Source: an uncultured bacterium
GTDB taxonomy: Bacteria > Desulfobacterota_D > UBA1144 > Nemesobacterales > UBA2774
Assembly: GCA_963705505.1 (NCBI GenBank)
Contig: CAVPJU010000003.1
Span: forward strand, 64,001-128,000
Direction: 5' to 3'
DNA: 64,000 nt
Under the pieces are notes generated by a model, which saw only the letters and a program-made list of their open reading frames with translations, ran no database searches and was not told where the DNA came from. Below are positions 20,036 through 30,492 of the stretch, piece after piece (the first letter of the stretch is position 1; each line of letters opens with the position of its first letter). The translations under genes and the position numbers were made by a program.

Positions 20036-21283
20036 ATGTTCGGGAAAAAGATATTCTACGGCTGGTACATCGTCGCGGCTTCCCTGGTAATTATCATACT
20101 CGACGGTCTCCTCCTCTACTCCTTCGGCGTATTCCTGCCATATCTCAACAAAGACTTCGGACTCACGACCGCAGCAGGCTCATCGCTCTTCTCTTTCAGG
20201 TCTCTCGTCCAGGCGCCTTGCTTCATACTCGCCGGGAGGCTCATAGACAAATTCGACCCCAGGGCCGTAATCTTCGGCGGCGGGGCGATCGCCGCGGCCG
20301 GAATGATCTTCTCCGGGCTCGCGGTAACCACGTGGCAGCTTTACATCTCCTACGGATTTTTCGTCGGGTTGGGGGACGCGGTCTTATACATAACCTGCGT
20401 AGCTCTCGTGAGCAGATGGTTCGTAAAGAAACGGGCCCTCGCCATAGGGATCATAACGACGGGCGTCCCGCTCAGCGGGCTCATAACCAACCCCCTCACG
20501 GCATGGCTGATACACTCGTTCGGCGTCAGAAATGCCCTCTTTTCGTTAGGCGGCCTCATGATTACGGTGCTGATGGCGGCTTTCGTATTGAGGTCGCGCC
20601 CCGAAGATAAGAACCTCAAGCCCTACGGGGAGGAAAACGGCGGACACGAAGAAATAGCCCGGGACAATAACACCGGCCTAAAGACTGATAAAAGGGACTG
20701 GACCGCGCTCGAAGCAATTTCAACACCGAACTACTGGCTCATGTACTCCGTGTACTTCCTCGGTTTCACTACGTTCCTGATTATCGTGACTCAGTACTAC
20801 AACTTCGAGATCGATCTCCACGTCCCCGCACTGGCCGCAGCGGGACCCCCTGCCGCCATAGGTCTCGGCAGCATAATCGGAAGGACGATTCTCTCCTCCA
20901 TACTCGCGGAGTCTCTCGAATACAGGAAAGTCATCCTGATATGCTTCTTAGCTCAGGGGAGCTCCATAATCCTCCTCCTCGTCTTCGACCATATCTGGGC
21001 GTTTTACCTCTTCGGGTTTCTTTTCGGATTCTTCTACAGCGCATGGGTGCCGATCTTCCCCACTCTTCTCGGGAAGTTTTTCGGACTGGGCGCCCTGGGC
21101 ACGATATACGGGATATTCGGCACGTCCTACTCTATAGCCGCGATCGGCGGCCCCCTGCTTGCGGGATATGTCCATGACGTTACAGGAACCTATATGTACC
21201 CGTTCCTCTTCACCATACTCTGCTGCTACCTCGCGGCTGCGGGCGCCTTTTTCATAAAGACACCCGTCCGCAAACCTGCCTGA
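20036..21283 (+). CDS. MFS transporter (OFA/monocarboxylate-like)
   Basis: FYGWYIV start, GRLIDKFDPR motif A, RWFVKKRALAIG, ~12 TM segments. Confidence 0.9.
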   Translation: MFGKKIFYGWYIVAASLVIIILDGLLLYSFGVFLPYLNKDFGLTTAAGSSLFSFRSLVQAPCFILAGRLIDKFDPRAVIFGGGAIAAAGMIFSGLAVTTWQLYISYGFFVGLGDAVLYITCVALVSRWFVKKRALAIGIITTGVPLSGLITNPLTAWLIHSFGVRNALFSLGGLMITVLMAAFVLRSRPEDKNLKPYGEENGGHEEIARDNNTGLKTDKRDWTALEAISTPNYWLMYSVYFLGFTTFLIIVTQYYNFEIDLHVPALAAAGPPAAIGLGSIIGRTILSSILAESLEYRKVILICFLAQGSSIILLLVFDHIWAFYLFGFLFGFFYSAWVPIFPTLLGKFFGLGALGTIYGIFGTSYSIAAIGGPLLAGYVHDVTGTYMYPFLFTILCCYLAAAGAFFIKTPVRKPA

Positions 21284-21394
21284 TCCCGCAATTACAAAAC
21301 CGGCCGGCGATTTTCTTTTAAGGCAAAAAACGGGTTCTATATAATCTGCCGGAATCAATTTGTCCCGGAAGAAATAAAATCTGGAGACGTTTAA

Positions 21395-22870
21395 TTGAGC
21401 AACGATACGGCGAGGCTCATAAGGTCCGAAGGCGAAAGCTTACTCAGGGGGCTCTACGGGGAGCTGTTCATGAACCTTGCGGGCAGAAGGACAGAAGCCC
21501 GCACAGCGGACATTTACAACGCCCACAGAGAGCTCCTCGAGCCCGAGCTCTTCATATCCCACAAAGGGGCCGCGCGTATAGAACAAAACCCGGGCGGCAT
21601 GCTCATATCCTCGTTTCTGGCCGGTGCTTTCCTCGGGGGAAAGTGCTCGGGACTCACCGACAGGATACTGACCCTCGAGGCGGGTGAAGAATTCCGGGCG
21701 GGCGGCAGGAAAATTACAATTCGATCTATGAAGGCAGAGATACTGTCCGAGCCGAAAAAACAAAAAAGGGTTGAAATCGGGAGCGGGAGCGGTGAAATAT
21801 TAAACAGGCTCAACCCGCTCTACAGTCAAAAACTCGAGAAACTCACCGAATGCTCCGAGGCGCTCGGCTTCAGGAACTACGGAGAGCTAATAGACGCGAC
21901 CGCAGGTCTCGGTATCTCGCGCCTTAAAGAGGAGGCGGGAAAGTTTCTCAAGGATACCGACTACATCGCGGGCGATATACTGAAGTGGTTTTTTATGAAA
22001 AAAATGGAATTGAATCCGAGAGACGCCTCTCTCGGCGATATGATTCACTTATTGAACTCAGCCGAGCTGAGGGGATATTTTCCGAAAGTCGATCCTGCGG
22101 TTTTCTCGAGAACCGTTCTCGATGGGATGTCTCTCTCTCCGGCTCACGAAACCAAATTCGACACGGAGAAAAGGAGAGGGAAAGCGACGGACGCTTTCTC
22201 AATTCCCGTGAACCCTCCGTTTGAGGCCGCCATATCCATATACCCCGCAGGCGGTATTCAGGATTACGAATCGTTACTGGGATGCCTCGGACACTCATTA
22301 TGCTTCCTATTTACGGAACCCGGCGACGACTTCGAATTCTTATTCCTTAGAGACGAAACTCTCACCGATACATTCTCCCGGCTATTCGCGAATATGCTCT
22401 ATGAACCGAAATGGCTGAGGAAGCATTTAAAAATCGATACGGACGGGGATTTCCTCAATTTTCTCTATCTTAGACGGCTCATGTCGGCAAGGCTCGACGC
22501 GGCGCGTGCGCTCTATGCAGGGGAGCTCTTCGGCGGCGGGGAGACGCGCGAGATGCCCGATTTGTTCTCTCAGATTATGGGAGACGCCGTGAAATGCAGC
22601 GTAAGCGGCAAAAGCTATCTCGCGGAATCCCTGTCTCCGGTCTGCTCGCCTTTCCGGTTTAAGGCCGAGCTTGCAGTGCCCGGGCTCCGTCATTTCATGA
22701 TGGAATCGTTCGACGAGGAGTGGTGGAGGACGAAGGCGGCGGGGGATTTCATGAGAGGCATCTGGTCCGGCGGCGGCAGGATAACAGCCGACTCGCTTTT
22801 GACGAAATCAGGCTGTAAAGAGTCCGATTCGAAAATGCTAGTTCGGAATTTCGAAGATCCGCTCCGGTAA
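21395..22870 (+). CDS. M3/M32-like gluzincin homologue lacking the HExxH motif
   Basis: AFSIPVNPP...GGIQDYESLLGCLGHSL and a C-terminal FDEEWWR..AGDFM..IW resemble this family. TTG start with GGAG RBS. Confidence 0.5.
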   Translation: MSNDTARLIRSEGESLLRGLYGELFMNLAGRRTEARTADIYNAHRELLEPELFISHKGAARIEQNPGGMLISSFLAGAFLGGKCSGLTDRILTLEAGEEFRAGGRKITIRSMKAEILSEPKKQKRVEIGSGSGEILNRLNPLYSQKLEKLTECSEALGFRNYGELIDATAGLGISRLKEEAGKFLKDTDYIAGDILKWFFMKKMELNPRDASLGDMIHLLNSAELRGYFPKVDPAVFSRTVLDGMSLSPAHETKFDTEKRRGKATDAFSIPVNPPFEAAISIYPAGGIQDYESLLGCLGHSLCFLFTEPGDDFEFLFLRDETLTDTFSRLFANMLYEPKWLRKHLKIDTDGDFLNFLYLRRLMSARLDAARALYAGELFGGGETREMPDLFSQIMGDAVKCSVSGKSYLAESLSPVCSPFRFKAELAVPGLRHFMMESFDEEWWRTKAAGDFMRGIWSGGGRITADSLLTKSGCKESDSKMLVRNFEDPLR

Positions 22871-22901
22871 GTCCGTTCCGTGGACGAAATCGACCGTCTG
22901 A

Positions 22902-23693
22902 TCAAGGGACAGACGCGTCGATTTTTTTCCGGAGCTCTATCATGGGCTGCTGGCTTACCCTGATTGCGCCCGATAGGCTGCGGTCGAGGTCGGCGATCAG
23001 GTATATGACCGCCGAGAAAGTAAGGGCCAGGAGAATACTTATAATAAAGCTCCTGCCGCCCGTGATTCCGAACTCATACCCTACAGCGCCCATAGCGAGA
23101 ACGGTTACAAAAATCAGTGCATACCAGATGACGGCGGGAATGTGGTACATAAGTGCTACGGTTACTCTCTTCGTATGAAAATCTATTACCTCGTTGAGCG
23201 ATTCTATGAAACTTGACGTGATCTCCTGGTTCGGGGTCTTCGCCACCGCCTCCACCGCCCGGGACCATAGCTTATCCTGGATCTCCTCCGATTCAATTAA
23301 CAACTCCTGGAGCCTCCCCGGTTCCGATAACCATGCCGCTCGGATATCCACGTAATCACGGAAAAGCTTTCTAATTTCCGTACGGTAGGGTTCGACTAAA
23401 AAATCTGTACGGAGAAATGACGTCCCTATCGCGTTCACCTCATCGAGAAGCAGCTGCTTTCTGGTATCGAAACGTGAAGCCGATATTCCGAATGTGAAAG
23501 CCAGCATGAATGCGAGCAGTCCTAGGGTGGCGCCGACGATAGAACCTATAGGCCCCACTTCCTTGTCAGCAGAATGCCTCCTGTTATAGCAGCCTATCCT
23601 GTAGCCAAGGAAGACCGACAGAATAACGAGCAAAAATGAGCCTGTGAATACTCCCCATAGAGGAATTTCAGGCACTAGCGTATTAATATCCAT
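22902..23693 (-). CDS. DUF4239 / bestrophin-like membrane protein
   Basis: LGLLAFMLAFTF..SRFDTR, EVNAIGT and LIADLDR motifs. Confidence 0.75.
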   Translation of the reverse strand: MDINTLVPEIPLWGVFTGSFLLVILSVFLGYRIGCYNRRHSADKEVGPIGSIVGATLGLLAFMLAFTFGISASRFDTRKQLLLDEVNAIGTSFLRTDFLVEPYRTEIRKLFRDYVDIRAAWLSEPGRLQELLIESEEIQDKLWSRAVEAVAKTPNQEITSSFIESLNEVIDFHTKRVTVALMYHIPAVIWYALIFVTVLAMGAVGYEFGITGGRSFIISILLALTFSAVIYLIADLDRSLSGAIRVSQQPMIELRKKIDASVP

Positions 23694-23721
23694 TTAATAG
23701 CCTCCCAGGACGCTCCGGGTC

Positions 23722-24717
23722 TCACGGGTTCAATATCACCTTTCCGAACTGGCTCCTGTCCTCGAGCATCTTCTGCGCCAGGGCCGCTTCCGAAAGCGGG
23801 AATTTCTTGTCTATCACCGGACTGAGCCTGCCGAGCGACACGAGGTTGATGACGTTGATGAGATTACTCCTCGGCGCATTGAACACCGTAACACCCAGCA
23901 CGGACAAATCCCTCACGATTACGGGCCCGAAGTTAAATGTCGTCTGTCCTCCCCCGACTACGCCGATAAGGAGAAGCCTGCCCTTCATCTTAAGCGACTT
24001 GAGGTTGTTCTCCCAGACAGAAGCGCCTATCTGGTCGAAAATCAGGTCGACTCCCTTATTGTCCGTTATTTTCTTCACCTCTTCCGAGAAGTCTGCGGTA
24101 TTGTAGTTAATCGTTGCGTCAGCTCCGAGCTTCCGCACCTTTTCGAGCTTTTCATCGCTTCCCGCGGTCGCGATAACGAACGCGCCCCCTTCCTTCGCAA
24201 TCTGAACCGCGGCGCTCCCGGTGCCGCTCCCGGCCGCATGCACGAGCACCGTCTCGCCCTTCTGCATATTACCCCTCTCGAAGAGTCCGTACCATGCAGT
24301 CACGTAGCAGATGGGGAGCGCCGAGGCGTCGTCATAAGATACTTCGTCCGGTATCGGGACGGCGTTTGCGGCCGGGACCTTTACGTACTCCGCGAACCCC
24401 CCGTAGAAATTGACTCCCACAACCACAGGCCCTTTCGGGGTCTTCACGGTCGGGTCTATGACGACGCGGGTCCCGGGAGTTATATCCTTTACGTTTTTGC
24501 CCGCCTTCTCCACATCGCCCGCCACATCGACACCCCCGATATGAGGGAGATCCACAGGCCTGGGCGATTTCCCCGACCTCAGCCGCAGGTCCAGATGGTT
24601 GAGCGACGCGGCCCTCACGCGCACGAGGACCTCGTCATCCCCTATCTCGGGCTCGGGCACGTCTTCATACTTCAGCACATCCACCTCTCCAAACTCGTGG
24701 TAACGGATCGCTTTCAT
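23722..24717 (-). CDS. MDR-family quinone oxidoreductase / zinc-binding-type dehydrogenase
   Basis: NHLD, AAGSGTG and FGKVIL motifs. No structural-Zn cysteine lobe. Confidence 0.88.
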   Translation of the reverse strand: MKAIRYHEFGEVDVLKYEDVPEPEIGDDEVLVRVRAASLNHLDLRLRSGKSPRPVDLPHIGGVDVAGDVEKAGKNVKDITPGTRVVIDPTVKTPKGPVVVGVNFYGGFAEYVKVPAANAVPIPDEVSYDDASALPICYVTAWYGLFERGNMQKGETVLVHAAGSGTGSAAVQIAKEGGAFVIATAGSDEKLEKVRKLGADATINYNTADFSEEVKKITDNKGVDLIFDQIGASVWENNLKSLKMKGRLLLIGVVGGGQTTFNFGPVIVRDLSVLGVTVFNAPRSNLINVINLVSLGRLSPVIDKKFPLSEAALAQKMLEDRSQFGKVILNP

Positions 24718-24904
24718 CTTCGGGCTCCTTTGTATGCTTGTATTTTAGCGTTCAACCGTTTCATTTTACTACATGCATGGAAAAAATGTAGTATGAGGGA
24801 GTGAGCCGGGTTTCGAACTTTAATTGAACATATCGGTATATTGGGGTAGCCTTTCCTGTATGACTCGGCTGCCGCGGCAGCAGGGAGGGTTAATAAACAG
24901 GCGT

Positions 24905-25177
24905 ATGTTCGGAATCGGAACGAGTGAAATATTAATAATTCTCCTCATTGCGCTCCTCGTCCTCGGGCCTAACGAGATACCTAAGATCGCAAGGACGCTC
25001 GGCAGAGGGATGCGTGAGATCGAGAGAGCGAAGAATGAATTAAGAGATTCGATAAAGTTCGACATCGACGAGAAAGAAACCCCTGAAACGGCAACTGACG
25101 AAAAAGATAAGAGCACGGCAGAAAAGACCGACGAAAAAAGCGTATTTGACAACCCCACCAGTAATTCGCGTATCTGA
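24905..25177 (+). CDS. Twin-arginine translocase TatA/TatB family subunit
   Basis: MFGIGTSEILIILLIALLVLGP..IPKIARTLGRGMRE. Confidence 0.88.
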   Translation: MFGIGTSEILIILLIALLVLGPNEIPKIARTLGRGMREIERAKNELRDSIKFDIDEKETPETATDEKDKSTAEKTDEKSVFDNPTSNSRI

Positions 25178-27037
25178 TCAGAAAGCCTGGCCTATGCTTA
25201 TAAAGAACTGAACCCTCCTTATCCCCGGCTCGGGATTGAGAGCGTATCCGACGTCGAACCTGACGGGCCCTATTATCGTATCGTACCTGAGCCCCACGCC
25301 GGGAGCATACTTGATATCGCCCAGCGGGAAGCTCCACTCATCGGCGAATACGTTTCCGTAATCGAAAAAAACTACGCCGCCGAAATCACCGTAAATCGGA
25401 TATCTAACCTCGAAACTGCCCACGAGGAGCGAATTGCCGCCCAGGGGGTCTTTCCCCTCGCTCAGGGGGCCCAGCTTCTGGAATGGGAATCCCCTCATGC
25501 TCGTACTGCCTCCGGCGAAGAACCTCTTGAATATCGGAATGTCGAATGTGCCCGTAGACCCGAACGGCTGTATGACGCCGACAGTGATCTTCTTCGCGAA
25601 AACCATCCTGTATAGTCTTTTATACCCCCTTAGCTCGAGTGTTCCCTTCAAGTAGTTCACGTCCGAGAGCATTGCCCTGAACGAGGATTCGAGGCCGGTC
25701 GAGACGACGAACCCCCGCGTAGGGTTCAGAATATTATCGGTCGTGTCCATCTCGAGACCCGTGTTGAAGAAAGTGAGAAAGAAATTTTCCCTGCTCTTCT
25801 CCTCGGGCGACCTCCTCGCGCTCTTCTGCACCCTCGAGAACTGTACGTTGAAAGAGCCGAACGTCGAGTAGTATTGCGCGAAATCCTTCTGAATCTGGGC
25901 TGTGGTAAGGAAGCTCTCACCCTCGAAGCTCGGGACATCGTCCCTCTGGAAATTGAGCGCCCCCGTTAGACTCGAATCCTTACCGACGATATAGGGCTGT
26001 ATGACGCTCGTCTCCACCCTCTGCGTGATAAACGAGAATTTCCCCGCGACTTCGAGCCTCCTGCCTCCGCCGAAAAAATTCCGCTGTGTCCAGATCACCT
26101 GTCCCCTCAGCTTATCCTCCGTGCCGTAACCCACGCCGAACTTCACGGATCCCTGCTTCCTTTCCTTAACGGCAATTTTCATGTCGGCGATATGCTGATT
26201 CTCGTTATAGACGGGGTCGATGACGACGGATCTGAAAAGCCCGAGCTGGAATATATTGGCCTGCGTCTCGTTGACCTTGGTCAGTGAATAAACCTCTCCA
26301 GGCTTGAATGTCGCTTCTCTTGAAATTATATAACTCTCGACCTTCTCGTTCCCCTCCACGGTGACGGTCCCGAATCTGTATAAGGGACCCGGCTTGATCA
26401 CGAAGGTCGCTTTGGCCCATTTTTCCTTTCTGTTGACCAGGGCTTCGCCTTCGATAGCCGCCTTCGGGTAGCCCTTGTCCGAGAGTATCTGAGTTATCGC
26501 GCCCTTTGTCTGCTGGTATCCGTTCGGGGAGAAGTTCTTGTCCACCTTTAGGGGGACGGCTTTCTCGATCTCTTTTTTTATATCCTCGCTGAGGTCCCCT
26601 TCATATTCGAGGCTGAGCTCGGTAAGCTTGATAGGCTCTCCTTCCTTTATATTGATCGTTATCCGGACCCTGGTGTTATCTTTATTGAATTTAAGCTCGT
26701 AGGACGCTTCGGCATCGTAGTAACCCTGGTTTGCATAAAGCCTCTTTATCCTGATCATGTCGTCCTTCAGCACTTCCTCGTTGAACTCCGGTTTCTTGAC
26801 CCAGAATTTGATGGAGGGGAACTCGGTCCCGATGCTCTGCTCGATCTCCTGCTTCGTGAGCGCTTTTGCTCCGTTTATTCTGATCTTGGAAATACGGATG
26901 ACGGGCTCGGCGGGCTCTTCGGCCTGGGCGCCTTTCGCTTCTTTTTCTTTCTCCTGACAAAAAGCGATGACCGGGTTGCGGATAAATGAAGAGTACAGGA
27001 GCAGGAATGAAAAAGACAAAAAAATATATTTTTTCAT
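25178..27037 (-). CDS. Omp85 family outer-membrane protein (three POTRA domains, TamA-like)
   Basis: POTRA motifs (LYANQGYY, LSDKGYP, IFQLGLF), RFFAGGSTSMRGF, C-terminal SIGQAF. Confidence 0.88.
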   Translation of the reverse strand: MKKYIFLSFSFLLLYSSFIRNPVIAFCQEKEKEAKGAQAEEPAEPVIRISKIRINGAKALTKQEIEQSIGTEFPSIKFWVKKPEFNEEVLKDDMIRIKRLYANQGYYDAEASYELKFNKDNTRVRITINIKEGEPIKLTELSLEYEGDLSEDIKKEIEKAVPLKVDKNFSPNGYQQTKGAITQILSDKGYPKAAIEGEALVNRKEKWAKATFVIKPGPLYRFGTVTVEGNEKVESYIISREATFKPGEVYSLTKVNETQANIFQLGLFRSVVIDPVYNENQHIADMKIAVKERKQGSVKFGVGYGTEDKLRGQVIWTQRNFFGGGRRLEVAGKFSFITQRVETSVIQPYIVGKDSSLTGALNFQRDDVPSFEGESFLTTAQIQKDFAQYYSTFGSFNVQFSRVQKSARRSPEEKSRENFFLTFFNTGLEMDTTDNILNPTRGFVVSTGLESSFRAMLSDVNYLKGTLELRGYKRLYRMVFAKKITVGVIQPFGSTGTFDIPIFKRFFAGGSTSMRGFPFQKLGPLSEGKDPLGGNSLLVGSFEVRYPIYGDFGGVVFFDYGNVFADEWSFPLGDIKYAPGVGLRYDTIIGPVRFDVGYALNPEPGIRRVQFFISIGQAF

Positions 27038-27192
27038 TTAGAGGACAAAAAATAACGCTTTCCGTTGAAGTCAAGAAAAAGCCAAAATCCTATTATGCCG
27101 AGCTTCGATGAATATGCAAGAGAATACCACAAATTACATCCGTATATATCTGAAAATATCTACGTATTATCAGGATTAATTCGTATCGGGTG

Positions 27193-27222
27193 TTGACAAG
27201 GAAGCCGGGTAGTAATTATAAT
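27193..27222 (+). promoter_or_regulatory. Consensus sigma70 promoter of the cox/qcr operon
   Basis: TTGACA-N18-TATAAT. Confidence 0.75.
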
Positions 27223-27290
27223 CCCTGAAGGCTGATATCATCGGCTGCATTAATTCCCTCACGCCGATTACTCGCAGCCTGTCACTCGTC

Positions 27291-28235
27291 ATGGAAAACC
27301 TCGGAGGCCTCTTTAACCCTAGTTCACCCGAAATGGAGGCTATGGCCGATTTAACGTACTACACGATCGGCATTTCCGTCGTAATATTCGGCATCATCGC
27401 AATAGCAGTCACGTACATAATAATCAGGTACAGGAAAAAACCGGGCGACGACCAGGAGCCGTACCAGGATTTCGGGAATCTCAAGGTCGAGGTAATCTGG
27501 ACAGCGATACCGGTCGCTATGGTGGCCTTGCTTTTTTTGCTCACGTGCTCAACGATGCTGACCGTTGACCCTCCCCGGAGGGGCAAGGAGCCCGACCTCA
27601 TAATCATCGGACACCAGTGGTGGTGGGAAATACGTTACCCTGCGTCAGGGGTTCTGACCGCAAACGAAGTCCATATACCCGCCGGGAAGCGCCTCTTCGC
27701 CCGTCTCGAATCGATAGACGTCATACACGATTTCTGGGTCCCCGAGCTCGGGAGGAAAATAGACCTCGTCCCCGGACACCCGAACTACATGTGGATAGTG
27801 GCCGGTGAGCCCGGGGTTTATCCGGGCGCGTGCGCGGAGTTCTGCGGGGACCAGCACGCCAACATGCGCATCCGCGTCGTCGCGGAGACCGAAGAAGACT
27901 TTAATAAATGGCAGAAAGAGCAGCTGGCCGTGCCTCGTACGCCCTCGGCCGGGATTTCGGGAAAGGGGGCGACACTCTTTCAGACGATGGCCTGTATGAA
28001 CTGTCACACCATACGGGGAACGGCTGCCGCCGCGAGGGTGGGACCTGACCTCACTCATCTCACCGACCGTGAGACGATAGGCGCCGGAGTGCTCACCAAC
28101 ACGCCCGAGAACCTTGCGAAATGGCTTTCCAACCCTCAGAAATACAAACCGGGGTCGCTGATGCCCAACATGAAGCTCTCCGATTCCGAATTAAAATCCA
28201 TTGTCGCGTATCTGGAGGCGCTCAATGAGCAGTAG
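27291..28235 (+). CDS. coxB: Cytochrome c oxidase subunit II with fused cytochrome c (caa3 type)
   Basis: GHQWWW, DVIHDFW, CuA motif CAEFCGDQHANM, heme motif CMNCH. Confidence 0.95.
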   Translation: MENLGGLFNPSSPEMEAMADLTYYTIGISVVIFGIIAIAVTYIIIRYRKKPGDDQEPYQDFGNLKVEVIWTAIPVAMVALLFLLTCSTMLTVDPPRRGKEPDLIIIGHQWWWEIRYPASGVLTANEVHIPAGKRLFARLESIDVIHDFWVPELGRKIDLVPGHPNYMWIVAGEPGVYPGACAEFCGDQHANMRIRVVAETEEDFNKWQKEQLAVPRTPSAGISGKGATLFQTMACMNCHTIRGTAAAARVGPDLTHLTDRETIGAGVLTNTPENLAKWLSNPQKYKPGSLMPNMKLSDSELKSIVAYLEALNEQ

Positions 28236-29895
28236 AATCCCTCTGGTCCCGGAGAACACGGCGCCACTCCCTTCCCTCAAGGAAAACAACGGGCTTCTCA
28301 GCTGGGTCGCGTCCGTCGACCACAAGCAGATAGGGCTGATGTATCTGATCATCACGCTCGTCTACTTCCTTATCGGCGGAATCGAAGCGCTCCTTATACG
28401 CATACAGCTCGCTCGACCAGTCAACGACTTCCTGACTCCCGAGGTTTACAACCAGCTTTTCACCATGCACGGAACGACCATGATTTTCTTCGTAGTCATG
28501 CCGTTTCTGATCGGCGTGGGTGTCTATCTCCTGCCGCTCATGATAGGGGCCCGGGACATGGCTTTCCCCCGCCTGAACGCTCTCAGCTTCTGGCTCTTCT
28601 TCTTCGGCGGCATTCTTCTTTACTACAGCTTCTTCACACAGAGCGGCGCTCCCGATGTCGGCTGGTTCGCCTACGCGCCGCTTAGCGAAAAGCCGTTCTC
28701 TCTGAATAAGGGGCCTACATACTGGGCGCTCGGACTCCTCGCCTCGGGCATAGGCTCGGTCTCCTCGGGGCTGAACAACGTAGTCACCATCCTGACGATG
28801 AGAACTCCGGGGATGACGATGCGGAGGATACCTCTTTTCGTATGGATGATGCTCGTCACTTCCCTGCTCCTCGTCTTCGTAATCCCGATCATCACGGCGG
28901 CGTTCGCCATGATGCTTCTCGACAGTCTCTTGGGCGCTTCTTTTTTCACGCCCGCCCACGGAGGCTCCGCCATACTGTGGCAGCATTTTTTCTGGGGCTT
29001 CGGGCACCCGGAAGTTTATATACTCGTCCTTCCGGCTTTCGGAATAATCTCGGAAGTCATCCCGGTCTTCTCACGGAAACCGATCTACGGCTATGAATTC
29101 GTAGCCGGAGCGACCGTGGCGATAGGTCTTCTGAGCCTGGGCGTTTGGGCTCACCACATGTTCGCGGTGGGTCTCGGAAACGTCGCAAACGCGTATTTCT
29201 CCCTCGCGAGCATGCTGATAGCAATACCCACGGGCGTCAAGGTGCTGAACTGGGTCGCCACGATGTGGGGGGGTAAGATAAATTTTGCGACCCCTATGCT
29301 TTTCGCGACCGCATTCATACTGGAATTCGTTATCGGCGGGCTGTCCGGAGTGGCAATCGCTTCCGTACCTATAGACTGGGTAGTCACGGACAGCTACTTC
29401 ATTGTGGCGCATTTCCATTATACGATCTTCGGGGGGTCGCTCTTTGCGATCTTCGCCGGAGTCTATTACTGGTTCCCGAAGTTCACCGGGAGGATGCTCT
29501 CGGAAACCCTTGGCAAATGGCACTTCTGGCTGACGGTCATCGGATTCAACATGACGTTCTTCGTACAGCATTTCCTGGGCGTAATGGGAATGCCGAGGCG
29601 TACATATACATATTACGACATGCCCTACTGGGGGTCGATGAACCTTTTATCCACGATAGGTGCGATGATCATAGCCTTATCCGTAATAGTATTCGTCTGG
29701 AATATAATCTTCAGCTTAAGGAACGGCAAAGAGGCGGGTGATAACCCCTGGAACGCCTGGACGCTCGAATGGGCGACGACTTCGCCCCCCGCAGTTCATA
29801 ATTTCGAGCTCGTCCCCCCGGTCAGGAGCGCTCGGCCTCTCTGGGACCTGGCTCACCCGGACATGCCCGACGAACCGGATGCGAAAATTGTCTAG
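28225..29895 (+). CDS. coxA: Cytochrome c oxidase subunit I (A1 type)
   Basis: DHKQIG, HGTTM, GHPEVY, WAHH, AHFHY and MPRR motifs. Confidence 0.97.
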   Translation: MSSRIPLVPENTAPLPSLKENNGLLSWVASVDHKQIGLMYLIITLVYFLIGGIEALLIRIQLARPVNDFLTPEVYNQLFTMHGTTMIFFVVMPFLIGVGVYLLPLMIGARDMAFPRLNALSFWLFFFGGILLYYSFFTQSGAPDVGWFAYAPLSEKPFSLNKGPTYWALGLLASGIGSVSSGLNNVVTILTMRTPGMTMRRIPLFVWMMLVTSLLLVFVIPIITAAFAMMLLDSLLGASFFTPAHGGSAILWQHFFWGFGHPEVYILVLPAFGIISEVIPVFSRKPIYGYEFVAGATVAIGLLSLGVWAHHMFAVGLGNVANAYFSLASMLIAIPTGVKVLNWVATMWGGKINFATPMLFATAFILEFVIGGLSGVAIASVPIDWVVTDSYFIVAHFHYTIFGGSLFAIFAGVYYWFPKFTGRMLSETLGKWHFWLTVIGFNMTFFVQHFLGVMGMPRRTYTYYDMPYWGSMNLLSTIGAMIIALSVIVFVWNIIFSLRNGKEAGDNPWNAWTLEWATTSPPAVHNFELVPPVRSARPLWDLAHPDMPDEPDAKIV

Positions 29896-29906
29896 GAGAT
29901 ACCTCG

Positions 29907-30458
29907 ATGTCGCGTAACAGGATGCTGGTAGGTTTTTTCATTTCTTCGGAATCGATATTCTTTCTGATGCTGATTCTCGCATACGTGAATTTCCACGGCT
30001 CCGTCACCGACGGACCCACGGCGGTAAACAGCCTGAACCCCGTCGTTACGGGCATATTCAGCTTATTCCTCTTCGCGAGCAGCTTCACCATATGGCTTGC
30101 GGGCAAAAGCCTCAGGAACAAAAACCACCGCATGCTCAAAGTCTGGATACTGGCGACTATTATTCTCGGGGCCGTCTTTATCTTCGGCCAGGGCCTCGAA
30201 TGGAAGGGCCTCATAGACAAGAACATAACCATAAGCCGGAACGTATTCGGCACCACGTTCTTCACCCTCACGGGGTTCCACGGTTTCCACGTTTGCGTGG
30301 GTCTCCTCATGCTTTCGATACTCCTCGGGCTTGCGCTCTCGGGGGATTTCAAGGGGGGCAAATCCGACGCGGTCGAATGCATCTCGATGTACTGGCACTT
30401 TGTCGACGGCGTATGGATAGTAGTCTTTTCGGTCATTTACCTGTGGGCATTTTTATGA
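29907..30458 (+). CDS. coxC: Heme-copper oxidase subunit III (short 5-TM form)
   Basis: SESIFF, TGFHGFHV and YWHFVD motifs. Confidence 0.92.
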   Translation: MSRNRMLVGFFISSESIFFLMLILAYVNFHGSVTDGPTAVNSLNPVVTGIFSLFLFASSFTIWLAGKSLRNKNHRMLKVWILATIILGAVFIFGQGLEWKGLIDKNITISRNVFGTTFFTLTGFHGFHVCVGLLMLSILLGLALSGDFKGGKSDAVECISMYWHFVDGVWIVVFSVIYLWAFL

Positions 30459-30492
30459 ACGGGTTTTTATCAAATAATTGGGAGAGAGGAGC

